A stretch of DNA of 58,797 bases, the filler included, from Basidiobolus ranarum (lineage: Eukaryota): NCBI GenBank assembly GCA_040143965.1. It is 8 parts of 8 records of this genome, joined end to end, with 100 filler letters (N's around TTAATTAATTAA, not from the genome) between each part and the next. Parts side by side here need not be neighbours in the genome. Positions count along the whole stretch, not along the records: positions 7,379 to 14,652 come from JASJQH010008024.1; positions 14,753 to 22,020 come from JASJQH010008025.1; positions 22,121 to 29,380 come from JASJQH010008026.1; 5 more parts are not named here. One strand, 5' to 3'. The position numbers and the translations under genes were made by a program. Under the pieces are notes generated by a model. That model was given only the letters and a program-made list of their open reading frames with translations. It had not been told where the DNA came from and searched no databases. This document shows positions 14,287 through 26,900 of the stretch, piece by piece. Positions within the stretch are counted from its first letter, which is position 1; each line of letters starts with the position of its first letter.

Positions 14287-14652
14287 TGATACCCTGTCTA
14301 TTACTAATAACAATACTCCTATATACTTTAGAATAAACACACTCCTGATTGTTGAAATTGACATAGCCTAAACACCTCTACCAAATTCCAAGTCAATAAA
14401 AACAACTGCACTTCTTGATTCAGGTGCTTCCTCCTGTTTTATTGACTCTGCCTTTGTAAAATCCCACTCTATCCCAACAATCAAGAAATCTAGTCCCATC
14501 CTTGTAGAAGTAATTGATGGAAGGCTGCTATCATCAGGTGCTGTAACACATGAGACAACCTTTATGACACTCATGTCCACTGCTCATCAAGAAGAAATAG
14601 CCTTTAATATCATATCTTCACCTCACCACCCAGTCATCCTTGGTATCTCATG
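14287..14652 (+). mobile_element. Ty3/Gypsy retrotransposon fragment (aspartic protease)
   Basis: Plus-strand frame from ~14402 reads TTALLDSGASSCFIDSAFV...VEVIDGR...HQEEIAFNIISSPHHPVILGIS, containing the retropepsin LLDSGA and ILG motifs. CpG-depleted. Confidence 0.85.
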
Positions 14653-14752
14653 NNNNNNNNNNNNNNNNNNNNNNNNNNNNNNNNNNNNNNNNNNNNTTAA
14701 TTAATTAANNNNNNNNNNNNNNNNNNNNNNNNNNNNNNNNNNNNNNNNNNNN
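14653..14752. other. Artificial contig linker
   Basis: N-TTAATTAATTAA-N spacer. Confidence 0.99.
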
Positions 14753-14757
14753 CTCAT

Positions 14758-17013
14758 ATGGCATTAACATTTAGTTTTAGTATAGCTATTTTAATAGGAG
14801 TAACTATTTTAGGTCTACAAAGACATAAATCCCAGAGATCTTCAAGAAAAGCAACCTCCAGGAACCCATTAACTAGACGATCTACTCTCAACCCTATGCC
14901 CAGTCGTGATTTACTCAATGAATTGATTATGTTCGATAAACAACCAGAAATTGAAGTGGATGCAGAGAACATCGAGCATGATGACTCAAATAATGAAGTG
15001 TTGGAGAAAAAAAATCAAGAAACTCAAGTTTCATTTATAGAGGCTATGCCCAGTATTTGTCGTTTTTGTGGTTCCTCTGTTACTCCAACTTACATCAATA
15101 TATTTAAGGAGGTAGAAACAACCCCTACCGATAATAGTCTTCAAATCCACAAAGAAAATTCTGTCAAGAGCGAAGCAGTGCCTCATATCGTAGATAATGC
15201 AAGTGAAATTTTATCTAACAATGAAAAAAATTCCGCTTCCATTCAAGTGTCTGCATATCCCTCAGTATCTCTGACTGCTATCCAAGAATTCGAAGACGTA
15301 GAATCTAACACACAGAGGGCCTTGTTCATTGACAGGATTGAGCCAGAAGCTGATTCTTCTGCTACGTGTGGTGCTAAAATCTCACCTATTGATGAAGCAA
15401 CCTGTTCTGAGCTTATAGAGTCAGTGACGTCTATTGCCCAAGAGGCTCCAACAAGTGAACATGTTGACTCCAAAAAACTTCAAACTAGTACAGAAAATGT
15501 TATTGGTGATATAAATGTTCCCACTACTCTCGACTCCAAAAATGTATTGAATTTGAACAAGTCAGATTTTGAAATTAGCATACCCGAAGAACCTTCTGGT
15601 AATGTTGAATCTCGATCCTCCGAAGTTGCTGCTAGTGCTATCCTAGAAAATCATGAGCAGCCATTAAAAACTCTTGGAGGAGGGTATGAGGACTCAAGTG
15701 ACGATATCAGCACACACGTTCAATATTTAGATGTAGCAACCCAAGTTTCTGAAAGTTTATTGATACCATGGTCAAAAATAGATGCCGCTACTCAAACTAC
15801 TGACATCTCTACATCCCGAGTTCCATCTGAATCCGATAATAAGCTGTTCTCACCTCCAACTCGTCCTACTACTCAGCCTCCACCAGGATTAATGGCCCTT
15901 TCTCTTAGTCCAATCCGAGTTGACATGTCTTCACTAAGAATTGCCGATGAGATTGACTTTAGCAAGAACCCTAAAGCTCACCAGGCGGTCAGTCATAAAA
16001 GGCCACCTATCCCAGCAGCCATGCTTTTGCGAGCTACGCCATCCATGGAAATAGCGTCTGATGATAGCAAAATGGTGAATGACAGGTGTAATTCTGATAG
16101 AGAATCCATAGCTACGGAAAACAGTATCGGCCATGACCAAGTTGTTGCATCTTGTCCTAAACGAGATAGCTCTACTTGCACACCTACATCTATTGCGTCT
16201 ACAGGACCAAACTATCCAGCTTCGGCAAGCAGTGCTAGAGGAATGGATACGCTATCCACATATGTAACCGATTCTAGCCTTGTTTCAGCTGAAGAGAGTT
16301 GGCTAAATCGTCGTCGCACGTTCTCGGCAGATCCTGGTATAATCCACGCAATCACTCAAGCTATGATCGGCGACCTCATGTGGAAGTATACTCGTCGGGT
16401 CATTGGGACTGGTATTAGCGAGAAAAAGCATATGCGTTATTTCTGGATTCATCCCTATACTAATACCATCAACTGGAGTATAGAGCAACCAGGCCCTGAT
16501 AGAGTCATAGGTGACATAAACTCGAACTTTAAATCAGCCTGTGTAAGATCAATACAAGTGGTACAGGATCCCTCCACTGATGCGAATGCATCAGAGTTCA
16601 GTTTGATAATTCAAACCGCTACTAGAGAACTCAAAATCAAAGCACTAAGTAAAGAGAAACATGACATATGGCTCTTGGCTCTTACCTACTTGCAAAGTCG
16701 ACATGGTTTATCGACCCCAACTGCTCAAAGAAGTATCCATAATCTCAATGAAGCAGATCAAGAATCACCCTCACACAGACGTACACATCCATCTACCCCC
16801 TCCAAAACTCTGGATGGCCTTGCTCCAGTGCCTCGAAACGTTTCGAAAAAGCGTAGCCTCGTAAGATTATTCCACAAGCCTAGTAAATCTAGTCTCTCTT
16901 CTTCCACTGTCGATGCCAAAAACGCATCAAACGATATTGCGATCGATGAGGATATCCGAAAATGTTGTGATGGAAAGCACGACTTGCGAAAATTGGATAT
17001 GAAACACTCTTAG
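14758..17013 (+). CDS. Num1/Mcp5/ApsA-type PH-domain protein with N-terminal hydrophobic anchor
   Basis: C-terminal IIHAITQAMIGDLMWKYTRR...KHMRYFWIHPYT.TINWS...SLIIQTATRELKIKA...HDIWLLALTYL matches the Mcp5/Num1 PH domain, followed by a CCDGKHDL tail. Intronless 751-aa ORF. Confidence 0.85.
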   Translation: MALTFSFSIAILIGVTILGLQRHKSQRSSRKATSRNPLTRRSTLNPMPSRDLLNELIMFDKQPEIEVDAENIEHDDSNNEVLEKKNQETQVSFIEAMPSICRFCGSSVTPTYINIFKEVETTPTDNSLQIHKENSVKSEAVPHIVDNASEILSNNEKNSASIQVSAYPSVSLTAIQEFEDVESNTQRALFIDRIEPEADSSATCGAKISPIDEATCSELIESVTSIAQEAPTSEHVDSKKLQTSTENVIGDINVPTTLDSKNVLNLNKSDFEISIPEEPSGNVESRSSEVAASAILENHEQPLKTLGGGYEDSSDDISTHVQYLDVATQVSESLLIPWSKIDAATQTTDISTSRVPSESDNKLFSPPTRPTTQPPPGLMALSLSPIRVDMSSLRIADEIDFSKNPKAHQAVSHKRPPIPAAMLLRATPSMEIASDDSKMVNDRCNSDRESIATENSIGHDQVVASCPKRDSSTCTPTSIASTGPNYPASASSARGMDTLSTYVTDSSLVSAEESWLNRRRTFSADPGIIHAITQAMIGDLMWKYTRRVIGTGISEKKHMRYFWIHPYTNTINWSIEQPGPDRVIGDINSNFKSACVRSIQVVQDPSTDANASEFSLIIQTATRELKIKALSKEKHDIWLLALTYLQSRHGLSTPTAQRSIHNLNEADQESPSHRRTHPSTPSKTLDGLAPVPRNVSKKRSLVRLFHKPSKSSLSSSTVDAKNASNDIAIDEDIRKCCDGKHDLRKLDMKHS

Positions 17014-18215
17014 ATTTGTATTAGAGAACTATTAATACAGGCATTCTTGACGAGCGCAGCGTTGCAACTGTTGAGAATGCCTACACTAGCGTGAGGTTAT
17101 AACTTGCTATAATTCGTCTCATTTTAGATTAAAACACTGTACAATAAAATTATGAGGGGAATATGGAATCCATTCTTGAACCAACCCACTCAGTAGAAAA
17201 ATCCCACATATAAAAGGTTGCTTCAAGTGTCGTGGCAACGTGGTCATATACTGAACACTTAATTGGTGAGGTAACCTGCTGCGAAATGAGTAGAGTTGTA
17301 TTTTTCATTTCTACTTGAGTATTAGAGACAACAAGATTGAAAAAATCAAGTTAATATTACTCATTTCTGGAGTATCTAGAGATTTGTGGCTTTACTTGGG
17401 TATATCTATTATTTGCTGTTATCAACAGATTAATGAAAGAGGTCAAGTAAGTTGTTGTTTCGTTCCAAGAGGCCAATCTCGATTGTAAACTGCGACATTT
17501 CCTTTCTTCAACTTTACGTTGAGCATGGCTGCAATAGTTACAAACAAAGTGCACTTTGCTTTGTACTGAGGTAGAAGCCGTTCTGTACCATTTACTTCAA
17601 AGATTATGTAAACATGTATCAAAACATGTTAGCACATACACCCCTTTGGGATCACGTGTCATCTGAAACCACATAAATTAAATATAACATTTAACGTGAA
17701 GTTTCTGATATTTAAAATAGAGTGGTAATGTTATAAAATGTATCTTAAGCATATGCAGGAAAGAGCAGGACCCATTCACTTAGCCCCTTATCGATGAGAG
17801 AGTAATAAAATTTAGTTATTGTACCACTTTAAAAATTTCTGAAGCTAGATTGGGAAGCATTCTCGACAGCCGATTGTCAACTTGGCTATGTTGTGAATAA
17901 GCATACTTTTATCAATTTGCACAGGATTACGAATTATATTGCAACAGTAACCTGTGAATCATGGTTTTTTAGACTATACGCAGGACATGGGCTTTGGCTA
18001 CAATTAGAGTGTTAATTAAATATAATGAGGTGATTTAATTATTTTATGTCATGCCGTCATCATCCAGCATCCCTAAAACAAGCATCCAGTATTTTTACAC
18101 AAGATATTTTCTCCCAATTAGATAGAAAAATCTGGTATCCTTTTCTCTTTCTAAGAGTTACATTAGTTAGCCTGATTACATCTCTCAAACTTTTTAATTA
18201 ACGTAACGAACTACC

Positions 18216-19034
18216 ATGAAGATTTACGCAATTTCCCTTGTCCAAGTTGACTCGAAGCCTGTTCATGAGCTTGCTAGTGAGTATGAGCTATCTAGCTTTG
18301 GTTTCTTCCAACGTGGAAGGTGATTTGAATTTATTTTTTTGCTACAGGATGACAAATTTCTTACTGTTCGTTAATATCCCAAAGTGTTCAGGAGTTCATG
18401 AGCTTTTTTGCTAAAACCATCTCTGAGAGAACTAGCCCTGGTCAACGCCAAAGTGTAGAACAAGAAAGTATGTGGAAAATGTTCATATCAAGAACTATAG
18501 ATGCTTATTTGGAACTTTTTACTCTTTTCTAGATTATATCGGTCATGTGTACACCAAAGCCGAAGGTGTTGCTGGTGTTATTATTGTTGATCGGGAATAT
18601 CCCAGACGTGTTGCTTTTTCTTTATTAAGCAAGATTTTAGATGAGTTTGTCAGTAAATACACAAAGAATGATTGGAGTCAGCTCAAATCTCTTCCTGAAC
18701 TTAAGGAGTACCTTACTAAATACCAAGACCCCAAACAGGCTGACACCATCATGCGAGTTCAGCAAGATTTAGATGAGACTAAAGTCGTTTTGGTAATTTA
18801 GTTTTTACTTTATATTTCTCAGCTTGCCTTTATCGAAGAAACTGGCTTTACTATATTCCACGAAATCAGAGAATTCTAACGTTATTTTCAACACAGCACA
18901 AAACCATTGAATCAGTTCTTCAACGAGGTGAGAAGATTGACAGCTTGGTAGAGAGATCTGATGAGTTGTCTACTCAATCCAAAATGTTTTACAAGACTGC
19001 TCGTAAGACCAATTCTTGTTGCTCAGTTATGTAG
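18216..19034 (+). CDS. YKT6: Longin R-SNARE Ykt6
   Basis: Four exons (18216-18319, 18385-18467, 18533-18792, 18897-19034) give MKIYAI...[18 protein letters not shown]...[43 protein letters not shown]...NSCCSVM*, ending in a CCaaX lipidation motif. Confidence 0.96.
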
Positions 19035-22020
19035 AGATGCTATCTTGTCACAACATACTTTCTTTTCCCTAACAATGATACGATGACCTTAACAACCTTC
19101 GTTACTCTTCTCTTTTGAGTTAGTTGTACTAACATCGTTTCATACAGTGCTTTTGTTTGCATTTTTACTTACAGTTTGATAATAATAAATTCTACGGCTT
19201 TTCAATCCCTTACTATGTGCTCAAAAATAACCTCCTCAGATACAACGCCGAAGTCAAGACACATTGGCCCTTGAGCTGAATGTCATTTATGTTTCACTGT
19301 AGGCTAGTGGTTGATTATTTGTCTGTCATTACTGATACACACTTCAACGCAACACGAGTGGTAGTAAACTCTTGTGATCTCAAATTGATCAAACCGAATC
19401 TAAAGTTAAATAGAGCAAAGTGTCTTTTGCATAGCGTTGGTGTTTAGTTTATAATTTAATATGGATAAGATTAAGCATGAATGGAGATAGTGCGATGAAA
19501 TGGGTATAGTGCGGTGGAAATTCATTTGCTATCATGATAATGAATAAACAGCTTGAGAAAGAGATAGAAACGTCCATTGTACTGTGTTTAAGGGACATCT
19601 TGTCTCCTAACTTGACGTTTTAAATGGCTAGTAACATTATGCATACTGTTGGCATCTAGACTAAGAGGCAAGCTGTGTGCACTGACCTTAATTAGTCTAT
19701 CTAGAGGGTAAGTTAGTAAAATTAGTTTCTCTAACAAATAGAAAATCGAGGAGGTGGACTCATTCTTAGCTTAATAACAATACCACTGCTGCACGTTTTA
19801 CATTAAGGAATTCTGGGGTTTATGTTTCGAATCATCAAGTCTCTTCTACGCCCAAATAACCACCAATGAATCAATATACTCTAAATCTTTGCATTATCCG
19901 GCAAGGTGAACGGCAAAATCTTTTGCTGGAAAATCAAACCATTCAAAACACCCGTATTCACATCGAAGTTACAGAGCGATAAAGCAAGTAAACCATCGTA
20001 ACTTTCAGTTTGGCCCTTGGAATGACTCAACTCGATAAATCATAATTACTGCAATAAATGGCTTAGACAATTGTAACCAGGGCCTATATATGCCGGTTGA
20101 TCATCGCTAAGTGATATTTAAGGAATATTCCATGACCTTGCGATATTTGTTAATTGCGTAGGAAACATATTTCTGAACGATTTGTCACCGCTTATGGGAT
20201 TATTCGGATGCAACTATACACCTACTATCCTTTAAGCCATTAGGTACGTTGTAGGAATGTTTACTTGGCAGTTTCCTCGTGTCTTTGGTAGCTACTACTT
20301 GAATCAAATCTGAGATAATCGCTAATTCCTTTTAAGTTGTAACATGCTAAAGGTGTAGCTATATTTGTTCGGGTATTTCGCAATTGCTGTGCCAAAGAGC
20401 CTACTGGAACATTCCGCTGCTTCTACAGAGGGGGATATTGATTTGCCAGAGGCATCGATAGAATGAGTAGATTCAAGCCATTAGAGCCTTGCTCTGAATG
20501 ATCTCATTTATGCAGTTGAGCTATTACGAATGGGTTCAATTCGCTCTGTCTCTTTCCGTTCGCCTCATCTAGTCATTGTTAGGGAGTTGCTGACTTATAT
20601 TACCATCATAGCATCAATATGAATCGGAAACCTTATTCAGGGCAGCATTTAGTTTTGGTATTTCTTAATATCTGGGTATTAGAGCCATCGGAGATTCGAA
20701 TACTTTACAAGACGAGTCCTCCATCATGTTCCGAACGAATAAACAAACATTCGAGATGCTCATGAGTATGGTATAATTAAACGTATATAGAAAGAAGATG
20801 GAAGGAGCAGGTAATAAAGCATACATATATTGATATTTCGGTGGCTGTGTTTGGCGAATCAGCCAGTTGGCGTTGTTGGAACGCTTTACCTTGAGCTACA
20901 AATGGAAATATGTTCAGTGCATATAGCTTTGTTAAATTAGACCGCATGATTGGAGTAACATAAAGGAGGCCTGTCATTATAGTATGAAAATCATACAAAA
21001 ATAGCAAAGCAATTTATCAACATGACACATGGAATTAGGTCTGGGTTTCCCTTATTGATGACTTGGATGATACAATACCGATTTGTGCAATCCGTATTCG
21101 ATTCTAGTATTGGTGATTGATAATCCCCTTGGCCTATATAAATGTGTTGGCAATTGGAAAGCCAACGGGGAAATTTATGATTTGAAGTACTTCGCCAAGC
21201 CACATGTAGAAGAAGGCAGCTTGTTTATAACCAATATTGCTTTGCACAGATTATATTCAGCTCGACGTTTTCGTTTTGGTTACAATAATCTCATTTGCTT
21301 TCTTGTCTAGTCGAATTGACTCCCAAAGTAGAACTTTGAAGGAACGAACTGCTAACTTGTGCATGTAGGGAATGCTTCAAGCATTTCAGATACAAAAATC
21401 TCGCCTTCAACGCTCCCAGATATTGTTAATACTTGGTGTAATCTTGCCCATCGTTATCCTTACTTCGATAGCTCCACTGTTGAGTCCGCTACTACTGAAG
21501 CTTGATAGAAACTCAGAGAATGGCTCAAAGCCACACACATCCTTTACAGGTTATTTTCACTCCTACAACACACGGAGGTCTTTTTCTAATATCCATTTGT
21601 CCATTCAAAAGTTACCGTCTTGCTCGCCATTGGACTAGCTGGCAACGTGACTGCTAATGTGGCTTTGCACACACGTTTTTCCGAGAACTACATTGCTCTA
21701 TCAACTGCAGCTTCGATCTTGGGCACCACACTTAACGGTAATATAAGATTCAATGATACACATACATATTCCAAGAAATTATTTTAATGGCCCTATCGTG
21801 GCTCTTTAGTTGTTGTTTCCTTCATATCCCTCGGGCTAACCGTTCATAAGCGTAGTTCGGATACTCATCTAGTTTTCTCTGGAGAATTTATTGTCCTTTG
21901 TATAGTGATGTTTCTTGATTGCTTAATAGCCAGCTTACTCTGTTGGGACTGGTATCGTACAACCGATTTTGAAGTCCAAGGTAGGACATGTCTTTAGTTT
22001 GTCTACCGATTGCACGTACT

Positions 22021-22120
22021 NNNNNNNNNNNNNNNNNNNNNNNNNNNNNNNNNNNNNNNNNNNNTTAATTAATTAANNNNNNNNNNNNNNNNNNNNNNNN
22101 NNNNNNNNNNNNNNNNNNNN
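22021..22120. other. Artificial contig linker
   Basis: N-TTAATTAATTAA-N spacer. Confidence 0.99.
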
Positions 22121-22169
22121 TTGACAAAACTATAAATGTCAACTTTCTACTCAATAAATCAATAAGTGA

Positions 22170-22850
22170 AAACCACCAATTCCTCTAATTCTCCAAACCA
22201 CTTCCAACAGGCTCCCAAATACTTTAACATACAGTGTAGTTCTTTCCGAAAATATTTCTATTGTATATACTCCATTGAGGCGTTGATGTCCGAAACTTCA
22301 AGTTCTTCTGTCCCTGGTATGTGCCCCCAATCACTCGGAGAGGCCGCAAACTAAGTAGATCTAAATTATACCTCAGTAACATCCCAAGTGGAAAGAGAGC
22401 ACTTGGATTCACCTACATTGTAAGCTATTGATCTAATTTTCTCTGTTATTGAGTCCTATTGCTTCGGCCAGTCAAACATGTTCTTTGCTTGAGTAGACTA
22501 GATCACCAACTAGAAGTATTTTCTGAGATGCCATCCAAAATACAGTAGCACCCGTGACATCTCCTTGTAAGGGTTGCAAAAGTCTAATCAGCTCATTTTC
22601 ATTCTCTTTGAGAGTAATTTGGGCTAGTTGAATAACTGGAATACTAACGAGAAAATATGGGAAATGGAGATGTATCTTTTTCCTGAATGTGCTGCTTCAT
22701 TGTATTGACAACTGTTGGAGATGCAAGTAACAAAGCGTCTGGATAGACCTTTAACAATTCCGTAGCTCCGAAATAGTGATCAGAGTGATTGTGAGTAGTG
22801 AATATTTTGTTTGCAGCCCAAGTAAACGACACTAGTGTCAGTGATGGAAA
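22170..22850 (-). pseudogene. Metallo-beta-lactamase-fold hydrolase remnant
   Basis: IFTTHNHSDHYFG (HxHxDH metal motif), then after a frame break QGDVTGATVFWMASQKILLVGDLVYSSKEHV. Stops and frameshifts follow, and no N-terminus was found. Confidence 0.7.
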
Positions 22851-24043
22851 TTAAATACATATCTTGAAGATATAGCAACTACAAAAGAGATTGTATGCAT
22901 AGTAACCACATGGTAGCTTTCAGTACCAATATTTTTCTGAATTCTATATGGCATAAAGTTGTCTGAATAACATCTAAGCCCAATTTAGATTATAATCCAC
23001 TTGCATTTTATCGAAATCTTGAATGATCAATATTAAATGTGCATCACACCAAATTTCAATAGATTGCTAGTTTGAAGTATCACATATGGCTACAGACTTG
23101 CAGTAAACCTTTAGGATTTACTGGAAAAGCATACTATAACCAGTATTATGCAATAATATTATGGAAAAATAGCCAAGGGATAGAAAATATTTACAATTGA
23201 ATACATTAGCTGTATGTGACTTGTTCAAATAGAAGATACACTGATGGCGAATAATCGAACTCAGTAAGGAGAAATTGGAGCCAAATAGCTTGCTACTGAG
23301 TTTCATAATGGATGCAATTTGAACAAAGCCAATAGTGTAGACCTACTCTTCAAGAAGGCGAAAGCTGGACAGCTACGGGTAAAAGGTGTGCGCTCGAGCA
23401 CCAAGTCAACATTAGCTTGCAGATCTGGATATTCTGCTTTGATATTTTGGATGACTAAAAGTATCCTACACCGATGCTTGGAATGGAAAGAAGCACTTCT
23501 GTGGATGTATCCGAAGGATACTCAATAAGTTCGGAAAATTACATTATGTGGTTGGTAGGTCAGCACAGCTAGAGTTGAACATGCTATTTCTAATGGTTTT
23601 GACTTGGGTAATATTGCTGAGGATTACACCTATTTTACACCTCCAGTAATGAGGGAAATACTCGCTATACTAAACCCTCATACTCATTTGGCGTGATTGG
23701 CGCTGTTGTCCCACTTCACCCAATTGATGAAAATGAAATTTGGATTGTACACCATTCTGAACAACACCTAGTCCGACTGGTAGTGGTACATTTTTTCCAT
23801 ATTAGTAACCCTCTCCAATAATTCAGCTTTCCATATCAAAAAAGGAATTAACCAGCATGGCTCAGTATCTAATAATCTAACGACAATGCCGGATAAATGC
23901 GGATGAGACGGTTATCCATATATGTCTAATTCATCCTGCTTATAAAGGTCGTGGATAAATGTGCTGTATCAACATCGCAGCTAAACTATATAATACGTGC
24001 ACTCCGCGTTTTGTAGAAGTAATTGAAGCAAAGTAATCACATC

Positions 24044-24619
24044 ATGACTCAAGTATTCCGTATTGCTGGTATCTGTGGTGCTCTTCGCAAAGACTCTTGG
24101 AATATGAAGCTTCTTCTAGAGGCTAAAAGACTAGCTCCCGCAGGATCTGTAGTGGAAATAATTGATTGGTCCGAGCTTCCAATTTACAATGGTGAACTAG
24201 AAGAAGAACCACCAAAGTCAGTCATTGATTTCAAAAGCAAAATCGCCGCATGTGATGCAATTATCATTGCCACTCCTGAATATAATTTCTCGTACCCCGG
24301 TGCACTTAAGAATGCTATTGACTGGGCCAGTCGTCCACTTGGCACAACAAACTCTTTTTCTGGTAAAGCCATTGCTTTGATGAGTGCTGGACCAGGCGCA
24401 TATCCAGGAGCTAGCGGTGGTCACCGGGCTCAACTTCATCTTCAGCAAGTGCTTAGTATTCTTAACACACACCTTGTTAGCTTACCAATGATTTGTGTTA
24501 CGGGCTCTGCATCAGCTTTTGACGAGACAACTGGAAAGTTGGTAAGCGAGCATACTCAACAGAGCATAGCTCTTAAGCTAGAGAATCTTATCAACCTTTC
24601 GAAGAAAATTAAGGAATGA
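24044..24619 (+). CDS. NAD(P)H-dependent FMN reductase (ChrR/YieF/Lot6 flavodoxin-like family)
   Basis: GICGALRKDSWN, PEYNFSYPGALKNAIDWASRP and GGHRAQLHLQQV motifs. Intronless, ATG at 24044, TATAAAA at 23941. Confidence 0.92.
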   Translation: MTQVFRIAGICGALRKDSWNMKLLLEAKRLAPAGSVVEIIDWSELPIYNGELEEEPPKSVIDFKSKIAACDAIIIATPEYNFSYPGALKNAIDWASRPLGTTNSFSGKAIALMSAGPGAYPGASGGHRAQLHLQQVLSILNTHLVSLPMICVTGSASAFDETTGKLVSEHTQQSIALKLENLINLSKKIKE

Positions 24620-26393
24620 ACTAAGTGTGCGACTTGAAATTAGCACGCTCCCTCCATCTAAGATATCTCTTTCACATTAAATTGAAGTGTGCATGGTGTA
24701 ACGTGTAGAGCGCATAGATTTATAGTGGTTGCCAATAAATAAATAAAATAATCACCCTAACAGAAAAATATTAGTTTTAGAGCAAAGACAATTAAGCCTT
24801 TCTGGATATTGTCAGTTTGAGGCCTCCAAGTTCTCGAAATCAAGGACAAACTTGGAAAAATTCATTTATTAACCCATAGCGGTCTTCGAAATGTACCAGA
24901 TAAGGCTACAAAGAAATATATGAATAGGAATAGTCATGTCGCTAGAAGTCATACGTAGATTCGCCTGTTCTCTGGCTATCACCTATATCTAGTGAACACA
25001 GATGATTTTGTACTCAAGATTAATGTATCTATTTGTCACTTGCAAAATAATCGTAAATCATCGCGACAGTGAAAGCTCATTCCTGCACTTGGTTGCAGAA
25101 CTTTTTGGAACCATATATGTGCTTGTACAATATTGATGATATATTTGGATAACTCTGGTTGTGCCTAGTATAGTGGTTGGTAGAATCTTGGTAAATTGGA
25201 AGTAATTCAAACAATTTATCTGGCAGTACAATGCAATTTGAAATATTAAATGGTCGAAGATACTGATTTTTCAAAATTTTCACAAAGTCAATACTGTGTA
25301 CATAGATCACTCAATTTGATTGCTTTGCTCCCAGAATTCACATTCCATTAATCATACCACTCTTTCAGCTTTGACATTAGTCATTCTGGACGAGATTCCA
25401 CTTCATATATGGCGATATTGCACTCTGCCATTTACGGTAGTTGAATACACTGTCATTGATATAGCCAGTTTGCTATACACTACAATCCTTGCAGCCTAAC
25501 TGCCTATTCCTACCTTGATTGTTAAGTCTAGCCCCTAGGGTTATATTCATTTGACTCAACAACTCTGGAACACAACAATAAAAACAAGAAAGAGAGAACA
25601 TTGTTGATTGACTAGTTGTTTAGCTCACTAACATCCAGCAATGCAATGTGTTTTCTGCTGACAGTTGTAATTTTCCATCAGATCGGAAATTGACTAACCT
25701 TTGACACATGTCTTGTGCCACTGTTTGTTGAAGTATTTGGGGAGTTGTTGGAAGTGATTTGGAGTACTAGAAGAATTGGTGCTTTTCACTTAATGATTTA
25801 TTGGGTGTAAGTTGACATATATACTTTTGTAAAGAAGTAGGCAAACTAACGTGTAGAATATGTTCAGGAATGTCCCAGGAACATGTGTACAAAGTTTGGG
25901 GTGTCTTGGACAAGTTGGAGAAAATGATATAATCTTCGAACTTCCGAGTTGGTCTCAATATTCTAAGTAAATTCCGAGTGAAGATATTGAATAATAACAT
26001 AATGAAATTCAAGTAGCTAACTATATGACTATTTAGATGCTTAAGCTATGTCATTTTCAACAGCGCCAAACTTTGGAATTACACAGCAACTGAACATCAT
26101 CTTATGTACAGGCCAGAATTACAAATTACATACCCATTGAATGATATGCTTGAGAGCCCAGAGCTGTCAGCAATAGGATCAACCCTGACATGCATCATAA
26201 TCAGTTTATTCAAACGAAACAATTTATGTAGAAACGGAGTGCATTGCTCATGTAAGGACTTCAAAATTGGCATATAGTAACGAAAGCTACTTCCAACTCC
26301 TCCAATGTTACATTGGCCAATTCTTTACCAAAATCTTCCAATTATCATAGTTAGATAATTTTATCCATATGTAAACTATGATGTATAATAAAA

Positions 26394-26900
26394 TCAAAAA
26401 AAGTTACCCCCAGGCTTGTACCAGTAGGCGTCATTGCCATTGGTGGCACTCAGGTAAATAGCACTGGACTTAGTATAACCAATTATGTCCTCTAGAACGG
26501 CGCAATTGCCTTTCTTAAGATAGAATCGAGCAGCAGTCCCATTGATATATCCATGACGCTTTAACTGATCAAGATCAGTGGCGGTTCCTTGGAGCTTGTT
26601 GTTTGCTGAAACAAGTATTCCATACATTACTATTATGAACACTGTAATCAAATTAGCAAAAGATAAATACATACCACCTGCTGGTGATGAGGATGGAGGC
26701 AGTAGGATACTTGTTGAATACTGTGGTGTATTTACCATCAACTACTAGCGAGCGATCATCCCAACCTGCATAGGATTCCTTATAAGCGGTACCAGGTTTT
26801 CCTCCAGCTAAGATTGCCTCACTATTGAAGACAAGAAATGTGACAAATGCAAGTACTGAAATTGAGATCTTCGAAGATCTATTACGTACATAGGTCGTGC
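26394..26900 (-). pseudogene. Possible degraded small secreted protein gene
   Basis: A signal-peptide-like segment (KISISVLAFVTFLVFNSEAILA) lacks an in-frame ATG and is out of frame with ORF 26741-26394, which contains a GTATGT...TTTCAG intron-like stretch. Confidence 0.3.

Noticed and set aside
19800-22020. Gene-like composition with several short ORFs
   Set aside because: No coherent spliced model or recognisable motif on either strand.
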